From: Actinomycetota bacterium
GTDB taxonomy: Bacteria > Actinomycetota > Thermoleophilia > Gaiellales > Gaiellaceae
NCBI GenBank assembly: GCA_046726435.1
Contig: JBKPAM010000008.1
Span: 2,668-66,667 of the forward strand
Length of the DNA: 64,000 bases
Direction of reading: 5' to 3'
The position numbers and the translations under genes were made by a program. The first letter of the stretch is position 1. Each line of letters begins with the position of its first letter. The notes below the pieces were generated by a model, which was not told where the DNA came from, ran no database searches, and saw only the letters and a program-made list of their open reading frames with translations. Shown one piece after another: positions 17,422 through 27,898 of the stretch.

Positions 17422-17452
17422 CACAGACACGCGCGAACCTCCCCGATACGAT
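17422..17452 (+). promoter_or_regulatory. promoter candidate: CACAGACACG-N15-TACGAT upstream of hutH
   Basis: Motif 17422-17431, -10 box 17447-17452; predicted transcript starts near GGGGAGGAGGCC at 17459. Confidence 0.55.
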
Positions 17453-17538
17453 CGCTTCGGGGAGGAGGCCGGGCGAACCGTACTCAGGGACCCTGGCGCC
17501 CGGGCGAGGGCTCCCGAAGTGCGGGATACACTCGCTGC

Positions 17539-19077
17539 GTGATCGAAAGCAGGGCGCTGACGGGCGACGACCTCTCGCTCGCGGACGTCTGGGAGGTCGC
17601 GGTCAGGGGCGAGCCGGTCACCCTGACGGATTCCTCGCGCGAGCGCATGACGGCGGCTCGCGAGATCGTCGAACGGGCAGTGCACGGCGTTCGGGAGCAC
17701 ACGTACGGTGTCAACACCGGCTTCGGCCGCTTCGTCTCGCGTTCCATCCCCGAGGAGCTGACCGAGGAGCTCCAGCTCCGCCTGCTGCGCAGTCATGCGA
17801 GCGGCGTGGGCGAGCCGTATCCCGACGAAATCGTCCGAGCCGCGATGCTGCTGCGCGCGAACGCGCTCGCGAAGGGGTACTCGGGCGCGCGCGTCGCCAC
17901 GGTCGAGTTGCTCGTTGAATGTCTCAACCGCGGTGTCCTGCCTGTGGTGCCGAGCCGCGGTTCGGTCGGCGCGAGCGGCGATCTCGCACCGCTGGCCCAC
18001 CTCGCGCTGCCGCTGATCGGGGAGGGCGACGCGTGGTTCGAGGGGCGGCGCTTGCCGGGAGGCGAGGCACTGGCGGCGGCCGGGTTGGTGCCGGTCCGCC
18101 TCCAGGCGAAGGAGGGCCTGTCGCTCGTCAACGGGACGCAGTTCATGGCGGCGTTCGGTGCGCTGGGGGTTATTCGAGCGCGGCGGCTCGCGAAGACCGC
18201 CGACATCGCGTGCGCGCTCTCGCTGGAGGCGCTGCAGGGCTCACGAACGAGCTTTCTGCCCCAGGTTCAGGCACTGCGGCCGCTGAAGGGCCAAGCGGCC
18301 TGCGCTGCGAACGTCCTGCGGCTGCTCGAGGACTCCGCGATCAACGAAGCGCACCGCTGGTGCGACAAGGTGCAGGATGCGTACTCGCTGCGGTGTGCGC
18401 CCCAGGTGCACGGCGCTTCACGTGACCTGCTCGACTACGCGGCCGAGACGGTTGCGGTCGAGGTCAACGCCGCCACCGACAATCCGCTCGTCCTCGTCGA
18501 CGACGAGATGCTCGTCTCGAACGGGAACTTTCACGGGCAACCGCTCGCGTTCGCCCTCGATGCGCTCGCAATGGCGGTCTCGGAGCTCGCGAACATCTCG
18601 GAGCGGCGGGTCGAGCGATTGGTCAATCCCACTCTCTCGGGCGGGCTGCCGGCCTTCCTCACGGGTGACGGCGGGCTCAACTCGGGCTTCATGATCCCGC
18701 AGTACGTTGCCGCGTCGCTGGTCAGCGAGAACAAGGTGCTCGCGCATCCGGCCGGAGTCGACTCGATTCCGACAAGCGCCGGTCAGGAGGATCACGTCTC
18801 GATGGGAAACGCATCCGGGCTCAAGGCCTGGCAGGTACTCGCCAACGCGGAGCGGGTGCTGGCGATCGAGCTACTGGCAGGGGCACAGGGTGTGGAGTTC
18901 CTCGCCCCGCTGCAGCCGGGGCGGGGCGTGCGCGCCGCGCGCGAGTTCGTGCGCGAGCTTTCACCCCGCCTCCGCGACGATCGGCCTCTCTCCGGCGACA
19001 TCGAGACGGTGGCACACGCGATCCGCGAGGGATCGCTGGGTCACGCGGTCGAATCCGAGGTCGGTGAGCTCGACTGA
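17539..19077 (+). CDS. hutH: histidine ammonia-lyase
   Basis: [17 protein letters not shown] (MIO-forming Ala-Ser-Gly); only in-frame start in the leader is GTG 17539. Confidence 0.95.
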   Translation: MIESRALTGDDLSLADVWEVAVRGEPVTLTDSSRERMTAAREIVERAVHGVREHTYGVNTGFGRFVSRSIPEELTEELQLRLLRSHASGVGEPYPDEIVRAAMLLRANALAKGYSGARVATVELLVECLNRGVLPVVPSRGSVGASGDLAPLAHLALPLIGEGDAWFEGRRLPGGEALAAAGLVPVRLQAKEGLSLVNGTQFMAAFGALGVIRARRLAKTADIACALSLEALQGSRTSFLPQVQALRPLKGQAACAANVLRLLEDSAINEAHRWCDKVQDAYSLRCAPQVHGASRDLLDYAAETVAVEVNAATDNPLVLVDDEMLVSNGNFHGQPLAFALDALAMAVSELANISERRVERLVNPTLSGGLPAFLTGDGGLNSGFMIPQYVAASLVSENKVLAHPAGVDSIPTSAGQEDHVSMGNASGLKAWQVLANAERVLAIELLAGAQGVEFLAPLQPGRGVRAAREFVRELSPRLRDDRPLSGDIETVAHAIREGSLGHAVESEVGELD

Positions 19078-19169
19078 CCAGCGAGAACGGAAACAATCCG
19101 GCCAGGCGCGCCTCGAAGCACCCCTACCGCGACAGCGCCATCGCCTACGGCGCGCTCGGAGCACTGGTC

Positions 19170-19307
19170 GTGATCCTCGGGTATGCGACCGGCAGCGGCC
19201 TGCTCAAGTCCTTCGCCGGCGGGATCATCGCGTTCCTGCTCGCAACGGCGTGGACGTGGTGGCGGTTTCGGTCACGGGAACGCGCCGCGGAGCAGCGGAA
19301 GCCGTGA
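19170..19307 (+). CDS. small membrane ORF between hutH and hutU
   Basis: Frame open from 19068: ..[56 protein letters not shown]. Stop overlaps the hutU GTG (GTGA). First canonical start is GTG 19170. Confidence 0.3.
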   Translation: MILGYATGSGLLKSFAGGIIAFLLATAWTWWRFRSRERAAEQRKP

Positions 19308-21022
19308 GCGTCACGCGGTCGGTCGACGAGCTGGTCCAGGCGCTGTGCGGGGACCTGTCGTCCATCCGCGCGCCACGCGGAACGGAGCTGCATGCCCGCT
19401 CCTGGTCGACCGAGGCGCCGCTTCGGATGCTGCTGAACAACCTGGACCCCGAGGTCGCGGAACGGCCGGAGGAGCTCGTCGTCTACGGCGGCTCGGGGAA
19501 GGCGGCTCGGAGTCCGGAAGCACTGAGGGCGCTTGTCCGCTCCTTGCTCACACTCGCCGACGACCAGACGCTGCTCGTCCAGAGCGGGAAGCCGGTCGGC
19601 GTCTTCCGGACGCATTCGTTCGCGCCGCGTGTGCTCATCGCCAACTCGCTGCTCGTCCCCCGCTGGGCGACCTGGGAGGAGTTTCGGCGGCTCGAGGCCC
19701 TTGGCCTGACGATGTTCGGGCAGATGACCGCCGGCAGCTGGATCTACATCGGCAGCCAGGGGATCCTGCAGGGGACGTACCAGACGTTCGTCGCGGCAGG
19801 TGAGAAGCACTTCGGCTCCGCGGATCTCGCTGGGCGCACAATCTTGACCGCCGGTCTCGGCGGAATGGGCGGCGCGCAACCGCTGGCGGCGACACTTGCC
19901 GGGGCGGCGAGCCTGTGTGTCGAGGTCGATCCCGAACGCATTCAGCGCAGGCTCGAGACGCGCTACCTGGACGAGGCTTCGGAGTCGCTCGACGATGCGC
20001 TCTCGCGCGTGCGAGCTGCGGCGCGGGAGGGTCGCGCGCTCTCCGTCGGGCTGCTGGGAAACGCAGGAGAGATCGTCCCCGAGCTCGCTCGCCGAGGCGA
20101 GCCGTTCGATCTCGTGACCGATCAGACGGCGGCCCACGATCCGCTGAACGGCTACGTGCCGGTGGGATTGTCCGTGGATGAGGCGGCGGGGCTGCGCTCG
20201 CGAGATCCTGACGAGTACGTTCGCCGTGCTCGCGACTCGATCGCGCGGCACGTCGAGGGGCTGCTGGACTACGTCCGGGCGGGCAGCTATGTTTTCGATT
20301 ATGGCAACAATCTCCGAGGGGAGGCGCTAGAGGCCGGGGTAGAGGAGGCGTTCACATACCCGGGCTTTGTCCCGGCCTATATTCGGCCGCTGTTCTGCCG
20401 TGGAGTCGGTCCGTTCCGCTGGGCAGCCCTCTCCGGGGATCCGGACGACATCGCCGCCATCGATCGGAGACTCCTCGAGCTGTTCCCGGACGACGCCGGC
20501 CTCCAGCGGTGGTTGACGCTCGCGCCCGACCGCGTCGCGTTCCAGGGGCTGCCGGCTCGAATCTGCTGGCTCGGCTACGGGGATCGCGCCAGGGCTGGAC
20601 TCGCGATCAACGAGCTGGTGCGAGACGGTCAGGTAAAGGCTCCTGTCGTCATCGGCCGCGATCACCTCGACTCCGGTTCTGTCGCCTCGCCGTACCGCGA
20701 GACGGAGGCGATGCAGGACGGATCGGACGCGATTGCCGACTGGCCGATCCTGAACGCGTTGCTGAACGTCGCCGCGGGCGCGACCTGGGTGAGCGTGCAC
20801 CACGGCGGGGGCGTGGGGATCGGCAACTCGATCCATGCCGGCATGGTGGTCGTTGCCGACGGGGGCGACGAGATGGCGGAGCGGCTCGAGCGGGTGCTGA
20901 CCACGGATCCCGGAAGCGGTGTCCTGCGTCACGCCGATGCCGGCTACCGGGACGCCCTCGCGGCTGCGCAGGAGCACGGGCTCGAGCTGCCGCTTCCGCC
21001 GACTTCCTCGGACCGCTCGTGA
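19304..21022 (+). CDS. hutU: urocanate hydratase
   Basis: [46 protein letters not shown]; start at GTG 19304 in track ORF 18707..21022. Confidence 0.95.
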   Translation: MSVTRSVDELVQALCGDLSSIRAPRGTELHARSWSTEAPLRMLLNNLDPEVAERPEELVVYGGSGKAARSPEALRALVRSLLTLADDQTLLVQSGKPVGVFRTHSFAPRVLIANSLLVPRWATWEEFRRLEALGLTMFGQMTAGSWIYIGSQGILQGTYQTFVAAGEKHFGSADLAGRTILTAGLGGMGGAQPLAATLAGAASLCVEVDPERIQRRLETRYLDEASESLDDALSRVRAAAREGRALSVGLLGNAGEIVPELARRGEPFDLVTDQTAAHDPLNGYVPVGLSVDEAAGLRSRDPDEYVRRARDSIARHVEGLLDYVRAGSYVFDYGNNLRGEALEAGVEEAFTYPGFVPAYIRPLFCRGVGPFRWAALSGDPDDIAAIDRRLLELFPDDAGLQRWLTLAPDRVAFQGLPARICWLGYGDRARAGLAINELVRDGQVKAPVVIGRDHLDSGSVASPYRETEAMQDGSDAIADWPILNALLNVAAGATWVSVHHGGGVGIGNSIHAGMVVVADGGDEMAERLERVLTTDPGSGVLRHADAGYRDALAAAQEHGLELPLPPTSSDRS

Positions 21023-22260
21023 CCGAAGGCGCCGACGGCGCGTCCAGGCTTCTCGTGCGCGATCTGGCGCAGCTCGCGACGCCCTCTGCCGCGGCGCGGC
21101 CACCGTTGCGTGGCGCGGCGCTTCGAGACGTCGAGGTGATCGAGCAGGCGTTCGTGCTCTGCGAGGACGGTCGGATCGCCTCGATGGGGCCCATGGGAGA
21201 GCTCGATGCGCTTGAGGGCGAGGTCGAGGAGCTCGATGGCAAGGGCCTTTCCGCGGTCCCCGGCCTCGTCGACTGCCATACGCATCCCTGCTTTCTCGGC
21301 GATCGGGTCGACGAGTTCGCGCTGCGCGCGGCGGGGGCGGGCTACGAGGAGCTGCACGCGGCGGGGGGTGGCATCCTCTCGACGGTCCGCGCCACGCGGG
21401 CGGGCACTGAGGCCGAACTCGGCGCTGCAGTCCACCGCCACCGTGAATGGATGCTACGTGGGGGCACGACGACGTTCGAAGGCAAGTCCGGCTACGGGCT
21501 CGACCGCGAGACCGAGCTGGCATCAGTTCGCGCCGTCGCCGACGCGGATGGCTCGCCCACCTGGCTCGGCGCCCATGCTGTGCCTCCCGAGTTCGATGAC
21601 GGCGACGCCTACCTCGACTTCGCCCTCGCGGAGGTGCTGCCCGCGGCTGCGCAGATCGCCGACGCCGCTGACGTCTTCATCGAGGAGGGCGCGTTCACTG
21701 CCGGGCAGGCTCGACGTTACCTCGAAAAATGTAGGCAGGCCGGCCTCGCGCTTCGCCTGCACGGGGACCAGTTCACGGAACGCGGCGCGATCGATCTGGC
21801 GATCGAGCTCAGGGCGCGGTCGGTCGACCACCTCGAGGCAACCGGCGATCGCGGTGTCCGTGCGCTTGCGGCAAGCGACGTCGCCGCGGTGCTGCTGCCG
21901 GCGTGTGCGCTGTTCCTCGATCGTCCCATGCCGCCGGCGCGCGAGCTCGTCGACCGGGGTGCGGTGGTCGCTCTCGCAACGGACTTCAACCCGGGCAGCG
22001 CGTTCTGCGAGAGCCTTCCACTTGTCTGTTCGCTCGCCTGTACGCAGCTGCACCTGTCACCCGCCGAGGTCCTTGCCTGCTGCACCCTCAACGCAGCGCA
22101 CGTGCTCGGCCGTGCCGAGCGGTGCGGTCGCGTCGCGCCGGGCTACGACGCCGATCTCGTCCTGCTCGACACCCCGGACTGGAGGCATCTCGCATACCAC
22201 CTGGGCGGCGACGTCGTAACGGCTGTGATCCAGCGAGGCGTCGTCGCGTGGAGCCGCTGA
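21019..22260 (+). CDS. hutI: imidazolonepropionase
   Basis: [12 protein letters not shown], amidohydrolase fold motifs; GTGA overlap with the hutU stop. Confidence 0.95.
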   Translation: MTEGADGASRLLVRDLAQLATPSAAARPPLRGAALRDVEVIEQAFVLCEDGRIASMGPMGELDALEGEVEELDGKGLSAVPGLVDCHTHPCFLGDRVDEFALRAAGAGYEELHAAGGGILSTVRATRAGTEAELGAAVHRHREWMLRGGTTTFEGKSGYGLDRETELASVRAVADADGSPTWLGAHAVPPEFDDGDAYLDFALAEVLPAAAQIADAADVFIEEGAFTAGQARRYLEKCRQAGLALRLHGDQFTERGAIDLAIELRARSVDHLEATGDRGVRALAASDVAAVLLPACALFLDRPMPPARELVDRGAVVALATDFNPGSAFCESLPLVCSLACTQLHLSPAEVLACCTLNAAHVLGRAERCGRVAPGYDADLVLLDTPDWRHLAYHLGGDVVTAVIQRGVVAWSR

Positions 22261-22281
22261 CCCCGCGCTAGGCTTGCGGCG

Positions 22282-22713
22282 ATGCCCACTCGTAAGCAGC
22301 GCCGCCGGCGCCAGAAGGAGCGCCGGCACGAATACGAGTACGTCTACGTCGACGACGCGGGCGACGAGGTCGAGGTCGACGAGGACGAGGTCACCGCGGA
22401 CAGCCCCCGCCGCAACGGGAAGCGCGACACGAAGCAACCGGCCAGGAAGACGCAGCAGAGCCGTCCGATCAGGACGGTTTCACCGCCGTCATGGAGCCGG
22501 GTCGCCAAGCGGGCCCTGGTGTTCGGGCCGCTGATCTTCATCGCCTTCTCGTTGATCAACAGCGGCCAGCCGGTCGTCCAGCGGCTCGCGGTCGCAGCGC
22601 TCTACACGGCGTTCTTCGTGCCGCTGATGTACCTGATGGACCGCACGATGTACCGGACCTACCTGCGGCGCACCGGCCAGCAGGGGCCGCAGAAGGCGAC
22701 CCGCAAGCGTTAG
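22282..22713 (+). CDS. hypothetical membrane protein with highly charged N-terminus
   Basis: TAGGCT 7 nt upstream of the ATG; two C-terminal TM segments. Confidence 0.7.
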   Translation: MPTRKQRRRRQKERRHEYEYVYVDDAGDEVEVDEDEVTADSPRRNGKRDTKQPARKTQQSRPIRTVSPPSWSRVAKRALVFGPLIFIAFSLINSGQPVVQRLAVAALYTAFFVPLMYLMDRTMYRTYLRRTGQQGPQKATRKR

Positions 22714-23105
22714 GTCGTCGCGGGCGCTCCGGCGCTCCGCTCGTCGCCGCGGTAGTGGCCTGGCCCCGGCCACGGTGCGAGGAAGAGCAGCAGGCGGGCT
22801 CCTTCGCGGGTCGAGACGGCACGGCGCTCCTGCGGCTCGAAGAGGAAGAGCATCCCGGGCGAGGCTTCGAACGTCTCGTCGCCGACGTCGATCTGGACGG
22901 TTCCGTCGACGACGAGCAGGAAGGCGTGCTCCTTCACCTCGTGCTCGCCGAGCCGCTGGCCTGGCTCGAGGCCGATTACCAGCGCACGTGCGGGTCTCGT
23001 CGGGTCGAGCACCACTGGCGAGCGGCTGCCGCCGGGCGTCTCGATATCGCGGAGGTTCCAACTCTGCATCGGCGTTTCCGTACCCGCCTCGCCTGGGTCT
23101 GACAC
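22710..23105 (-). CDS. cupin domain protein
   Basis: GxxxxEHxxxxxAFLLVVDGTV beta-barrel pattern. Confidence 0.7.
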   Translation of the reverse strand: MSDPGEAGTETPMQSWNLRDIETPGGSRSPVVLDPTRPARALVIGLEPGQRLGEHEVKEHAFLLVVDGTVQIDVGDETFEASPGMLFLFEPQERRAVSTREGARLLLFLAPWPGPGHYRGDERSAGAPATT

Positions 23106-23130
23106 GGACGCACTTTCGGCACACTCTCGA

Positions 23131-23161
23131 CACAGACACGTGCGGCCTCAGGCGCTAGGCT
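23131..23161 (+). promoter_or_regulatory. promoter candidate: CACAGACACG-N15-TAGGCT
   Basis: Followed by GGGGAGGAGGCCGGGCG at 23168; lies ~140 nt upstream of the 23311 gene, which also has its own TAGACT box at 23296-23301. Confidence 0.5.
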
Positions 23162-23310
23162 CGCAGTGGGGAGGAGGCCGGGCGCGCCTGAACTAAGGGA
23201 CGGCCGGAGGCGGCCGCACAAGGGCAGCGGGCGCGGCCGCGCAAGCCGCACACCTCGAACGTTTCTGCGGTTCCGGGAGCTCGACGGAGCCCGGTTAGAC
23301 TCACCCTCCC

Positions 23311-23961
23311 GTGAGCACACCGCCCACTCTCGCCGTCGACCGCTACGAGCTCGGCCCGGTCGGAACGAACTGCTACGTCGTCCGCGCCTCTCGCGAGGGT
23401 GAAGACGCGGTAGTGATCGACCCGGGCGGCAACGCAGCCGAGCTCATGCTCGAGCTCGCCCGCAGCGGCGCGCATTGCGCGGCGATCCTGATAACGCACG
23501 GCCACTGGGACCACCTCGGCGGGGTCGCCGACCTCGCGGAGGGCGCCGAGGCGCCCGTTTACATGGCCGAGGACGAGCGTGCGCTGCTGGAGAACTTGCC
23601 CGACCTCGTCCCGGAGGGCGTGGTCGCGCGCCCGCACACCGCGGACACGTTCCTCCACGGCGGCGAGACGCTCGAGCTCGCGGGGATCAGCTTCGAAACC
23701 CTCAACGTCCCCGGGCACTCGCCCGGCCATCTCGCCTACCACGCCGACGGCTGCCTCTTCTCGGGCGACGTCCTCTTCGCAGGCTCTGTTGGCCGAACCG
23801 ACCTCCCAGGGGCCGACTGGGACACCCTCGTCGAGTCGCTCCGGATGCTCACCGAGCGCTTCCCGCCCGAGACGCGCGTCTATCCCGGTCACGGCCCGCC
23901 GACGACGCTGGGCGCCGAGCTCGACCGCAACCCCTTCCTCATCTCGCTGCGCGCCTCGTGA
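23311..23961 (+). CDS. MBL-fold metallo-hydrolase (glyoxalase II-like)
   Basis: ITHGHWDHLGG, PGHSPGH. Confidence 0.9.
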   Translation: MSTPPTLAVDRYELGPVGTNCYVVRASREGEDAVVIDPGGNAAELMLELARSGAHCAAILITHGHWDHLGGVADLAEGAEAPVYMAEDERALLENLPDLVPEGVVARPHTADTFLHGGETLELAGISFETLNVPGHSPGHLAYHADGCLFSGDVLFAGSVGRTDLPGADWDTLVESLRMLTERFPPETRVYPGHGPPTTLGAELDRNPFLISLRAS

Positions 23962-25190
23962 CGACCTTCGAGGCGCCCCGAGGCACTAACGACATCCTCC
24001 CGTCCGAGCAGCCGCTCTGGCGGCTGGTCACCGGCGAGGCCGAGCGCCTCTGCTCGCTCTACGGCTACCGCCCGATCCAGACGCCGACCTTCGAGGACAC
24101 GGCGCTGTTCGAGCGCACGTCGGGGGAGGGATCCGATGTTGTGCACAAGGAGATGTACACCTTCGAGGACAAGGGCGGCCGCTCCCTCACGCTTCGGCCC
24201 GAGGCCACGGCACCGATCGCGCGTGCGTACCTCGAGCACGGCCTCCACCGCGAGGCGCAGCCCGTCAAGCTCTACACCCTCGGGACCTTCTACCGCTACG
24301 CCGCGCCACAGCGCGGCCGCTACCGCGAGTTCTGGCAGCTCTCCGTCGAGGCGATCGGATCGGACGACCCGGCGGTCGACGCCGAGATCATTCAGCTCTA
24401 CGACGAGCTGCTCGCGCGCCTCGGCGTGACGAACTACCAGCTCCAGCTCAACTCGATCGGCGACGAGAAGTGCCGCCCGAAGTACCTCGAGCGACTGACG
24501 GCATGGCTCGACGAGCACGAGGACGTTCTCGACGACGAAGCCCGCCATAAGCGCGCGACCAGCCCGCTGCGCGTGTTCGACGTGAAGAGCGAGCGCGTTC
24601 GGGAGGCACTGGCCAAGGCCCCGAAGATCGGGGACTCGCTCTGCGACGAGTGCCGCGCGCACTTCGAGTCCGTCAAGGCGCACCTGGAGAATTACGGGGT
24701 CGAGTTCGAGCTCGAGCCGACGCTTGTACGCGGGCTCGACTACTACACGCGCACGGCGTTCGAGTTCGTCGACGACGCGATCGGCGCCCAGAGCTCGATC
24801 TGCGGCGGCGGGCGCTACGACGGGCTGATCGAGGAGATCGGCGGCAAGCCGACGCCTGCGATCGGGTTCGGGGCCGGAATCGAACGGCTGCTGCTCTCGC
24901 TGGAGGCCGCGGGGACCGAGGCCGAGCCTGCGGCGATCGACGTCTTCGTCGCGCTCCAGGACGGAGACGACAAGCCGCGCGTCCTGCCGCTCGTCCAGGA
25001 GCTGCGCCGGCGCGGGCTGCGCGCCGACATCGACTACGGCGGCCGCTCTCTCAAAGGTCAGCTCACCCAGGCGGGCCGGCTCGGCGCGAAGGCGATCGTG
25101 GAGTGGGGGCCCGAGCGCTCGACGGTGCGCAGGCCCGGCGAGCGGGACGAAGACGTACCTACCGCCGAGCTCGCGGAGCGGCTCAGGTGA
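23958..25190 (+). CDS. hisS: histidine--tRNA ligase
   Basis: PRGTNDILP, MYTFEDKGGRSLTLRPEATAP, GGGRYDGL; GTGA overlap with the upstream stop. Confidence 0.95.
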   Translation: MTTFEAPRGTNDILPSEQPLWRLVTGEAERLCSLYGYRPIQTPTFEDTALFERTSGEGSDVVHKEMYTFEDKGGRSLTLRPEATAPIARAYLEHGLHREAQPVKLYTLGTFYRYAAPQRGRYREFWQLSVEAIGSDDPAVDAEIIQLYDELLARLGVTNYQLQLNSIGDEKCRPKYLERLTAWLDEHEDVLDDEARHKRATSPLRVFDVKSERVREALAKAPKIGDSLCDECRAHFESVKAHLENYGVEFELEPTLVRGLDYYTRTAFEFVDDAIGAQSSICGGGRYDGLIEEIGGKPTPAIGFGAGIERLLLSLEAAGTEAEPAAIDVFVALQDGDDKPRVLPLVQELRRRGLRADIDYGGRSLKGQLTQAGRLGAKAIVEWGPERSTVRRPGERDEDVPTAELAERLR

Positions 25191-26929
25191 GGTGGCGCGA
25201 CCTGAAGGCGGGCGAGCTCCGCCCCGAACACGTCGGACAGCGGCTCGCGCTCGCCGGCTGGGCCGCGCGACGTCGCGACCACGGCGGGCTCGTCTTCATC
25301 GACTTGCGCGACGAAAGTGGACTCGCACAACTCGTGATCAACCCCGAGCGTGCGCCTGCAGCCGCGGAGGTCGCCCACGACGTCCGCAACGAGTTCGTCC
25401 TCCGCGCCGAGGGCGAGGTCGCAGCCCGCGCGCCCGAGGCGGTCAACCCGAACCTCCCCACCGGCGAGGTCGAGCTCCAGGTCGACGAGCTCGAGATCGT
25501 CTCCCGCTCCGAGCCGCTCCCCTTCCAGCTGGACGAGGAGAACGTCGAAGAGGGCACGCGACTGCGGTACCGCTACCTCGACCTGCGGCGCGGGCGGATG
25601 CAGCGCAACCTGCGCCTCTCGGCAACCGTCGTCGCGGCGATTCGCCGCTTCATGGACGAGCAGGGGTTCGTCGACGTGTGGACGCCGAACCTGACGGCGG
25701 CCACGCCAGAGGGCGCACGCGACTTCCTCGTCCCCGTGCGGCTCCAGCCGGGCCGGTTCTTCGCGCTTCCGCAGTCACCCCAGATCTTCAAGCAGATCCT
25801 GATGGTGGCCGGATTCGGCCGCTACTACCAGATCGCGATCTGCTTCCGGGACGAGGATCTCCGGGCCGATCGCCAGTTCGAGTTCCGCCAGCTCGACCTC
25901 GAGCTCTCGTTTCCGACGCGGGAAGAGGTGTGGGACACACTCGAGGGCGCGGTGGTCGCCTCGTTCGAGGCGCTCGGGCGCGAATCGCCGCCGCGCCCGT
26001 TCCTGCGGCTCACCTGGCACGAGGCCATGGCGCGCTTCGGATCAGACAAGCCCGACCTGCGCTTCGGGCTCGAGCTGCACGACCTGACCGAGCAGACGCG
26101 CGACTCCGACTTCAAGGTCTTCGCGCAGGCGCCGAGCGTCCAGTACCTCACCGTGCCGCAGGAGCTCTCCCGCACCGAGCTCGCCTCGCTCGAGCAGCTG
26201 GCGAAGGACTGGGGCGGGAAGGGGCTCGCGTACCTGGTCTTCGACGAAGAGGGCGAGGTGCGTTCGCCGATCGCCAAGTTCCTCTCCGCCGAGGTGATCG
26301 AGGCCGTGCGGCCGGACGAGCCTGCGGCGACGGTGCTCTTCGGCGCGGACGAGCCGGGCACGGTCGCCCGGGTGCTCTCTGCGGTGCGCAACCACCTCGG
26401 CCGGGAGCTCGGCCTGATCGATGAGACCCGCGACGAGTTCCTCTGGATCACCGACTTCCCGCTCTTCGAGTGGGACGAGGACCGCGGGCGCTGGACCTTC
26501 AGCCACCATCCGTTCACGGGCGTGCGGCCCGGCGACGAGGACCTCATCGAGTCCGACCCGGGCCGCGCGTTGAGCCAGGCGTACGACCTCGTGTGGAACG
26601 GGTGGGAGCTCGGCTCGGGCTCGATCCGAATCCACGATCCACAGATCCAGCGCCGCGTCTTCGCCGCGATGGGCATCACCGAGGAAGAGGGGAACGAACG
26701 GTTTGGCTTCCTGCTCGAAGTGCTGCGGATGGGGGCACCGCCGCACGGCGGCTTCGCGTTGGGGCTGGAGCGATTCGTCGCGCTGCTCGCCGGCGAGCAG
26801 AACATCCGCGAGGTGGTTGCGTTCCCGAAGACCGCGAGCGGCTCCGAGCCGCTGACCGGCGCGCCGACGCCGATTGCGCCGGAGGTCCTGGCCGAGCTCG
26901 GAATTCAGGTTCTGCCGCGGGACCACTGA
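25187..26929 (+). CDS. aspS: aspartate--tRNA ligase
   Basis: GGLVFIDLRDESG, FRDEDLRADRQFEFRQLD, GSIRIH, PPHGGFALGLERF; GTGA overlap. Confidence 0.95.
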   Translation: MRWRDLKAGELRPEHVGQRLALAGWAARRRDHGGLVFIDLRDESGLAQLVINPERAPAAAEVAHDVRNEFVLRAEGEVAARAPEAVNPNLPTGEVELQVDELEIVSRSEPLPFQLDEENVEEGTRLRYRYLDLRRGRMQRNLRLSATVVAAIRRFMDEQGFVDVWTPNLTAATPEGARDFLVPVRLQPGRFFALPQSPQIFKQILMVAGFGRYYQIAICFRDEDLRADRQFEFRQLDLELSFPTREEVWDTLEGAVVASFEALGRESPPRPFLRLTWHEAMARFGSDKPDLRFGLELHDLTEQTRDSDFKVFAQAPSVQYLTVPQELSRTELASLEQLAKDWGGKGLAYLVFDEEGEVRSPIAKFLSAEVIEAVRPDEPAATVLFGADEPGTVARVLSAVRNHLGRELGLIDETRDEFLWITDFPLFEWDEDRGRWTFSHHPFTGVRPGDEDLIESDPGRALSQAYDLVWNGWELGSGSIRIHDPQIQRRVFAAMGITEEEGNERFGFLLEVLRMGAPPHGGFALGLERFVALLAGEQNIREVVAFPKTASGSEPLTGAPTPIAPEVLAELGIQVLPRDH

Positions 26930-27039
26930 CTGCGCGCCCAGGCAGCAGTCATACTCCGTCGAGTACCGGCCGGCCGAGGAGGACGAGCGAGCAGATGGCA
27001 AGCGAAGGCGAAGACCAGGACGCCAGCTAGGCTCGGTCC

Positions 27040-27870
27040 ATGCTTCCGGGCCGGTTCGGTCTCCGCTTCGCGCTCGAGGCGATCTTCCTGGTGCTGGTTG
27101 CGGTCGGCGCCGGCGTCGCCGACCTGCGTCCCCTGGTGATCGTCGGCGTAGTCGCCGCCGCGTGGCTGCTGGTGGCGATCATCGAGTACACGGCGAACCG
27201 GATCGCCTCGGCACCGGTCTCGTATGTGCTCCCTCCGCGCGAGGAGCCTCAAGAGGAAGACGAGGAGGAGCGCGTCTTCTGGCCTCCCCCCGAGGAACGG
27301 ACAGTCGTCGCGCCGCCGGAGGAGCGCGTCGAGCAGGAGCCCGAGCCCGAACCTGAGCCCGAGCCCTTGGCCGAGCCCACGCCGGAGCCTGAGGCTGAAC
27401 CGGAGCCGGAGCCGCCTCCGCTCCCGGTGGCGGAGCCGGAGCCTGAGCCTGAGCCCGAACCTGAGCCGGAGCCGCCTCCGCTCCCGGAGCCGGAGCCTGA
27501 GCCCGAACCGGAGCCAGAACCTGAGCCGGTGCCGCCTCCGCTCCCGGTCGCGGAGCCGGAGCCGGAGCCTGAACCGCAGCCCGAACCGGAGCCGGAGCCT
27601 GAACCGCAGCCCGAACCGGAGCCGGAGCCGCCTCCGCTTCCGGTCGCAGAGGTGGAGCCGCCGGTCGCGGAGCCGATCGAGGAGCCGCCCAAGCGGCGCC
27701 TGCGCTCGCTCTTCCGCCGAGCTGAGCCCGTGGAAGCGCCCCCTCCCGCTCCTCCGCCGAGGCACGTGAGGCTGCTGCCCAGGCGCTCCGCCGATGAGTC
27801 GAGCCCGGCCGAGCAGGAGGTGGCGGAGCTTTTCGGCCGGTCCGAGGAACGCGAGGAACGCGGCGGGTGA
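27040..27870 (+). CDS. membrane-anchored protein with long Glu/Pro (EPEP..PPPLP) repeat region
   Basis: Two N-terminal TM segments; TAGGCT 6 nt upstream of the ATG. Confidence 0.7.
   Translation: MLPGRFGLRFALEAIFLVLVAVGAGVADLRPLVIVGVVAAAWLLVAIIEYTANRIASAPVSYVLPPREEPQEEDEEERVFWPPPEERTVVAPPEERVEQEPEPEPEPEPLAEPTPEPEAEPEPEPPPLPVAEPEPEPEPEPEPEPPPLPEPEPEPEPEPEPEPVPPPLPVAEPEPEPEPQPEPEPEPEPQPEPEPEPPPLPVAEVEPPVAEPIEEPPKRRLRSLFRRAEPVEAPPPAPPPRHVRLLPRRSADESSPAEQEVAELFGRSEEREERGG
27337..27680 (+). repeat. coding tandem repeats (gagccg/gagcct hexamers with four gagccggagccgcctccgctcccgg modules)
   Basis: Read directly; modules near 27403, 27466, 27526 and 27611. Confidence 0.85.
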
Positions 27871-27898
27871 GGATCCACGTCTTCCAGAAGGTCCTTCG

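Noticed and set aside
17459-17538. Glycine riboswitch or T-box in the hut leader (CUCAGG word).
   Set aside because: The GGAGAG...ACCGAAGGGGCAA core is not found, and no specifier or T-box sequence is present. Only a single short word matches.
23168-23300. SRP (4.5S) RNA-like words (AGGGACGGCCGGAGGCGGCCGC..AAGGGCAG) in the transcript from the 23131 promoter.
   Set aside because: The loop is not a GNRA/GGAA tetraloop and the conserved AGCAGCC is absent. The same 5' end is shared with two mRNA leaders.
27337-27680. Regular short repeats that could be mistaken for a CRISPR array.
   Set aside because: Periodicity is 6 nt plus 60-87-nt coding modules inside a clear ORF. There are no unique spacers and no cas genes.
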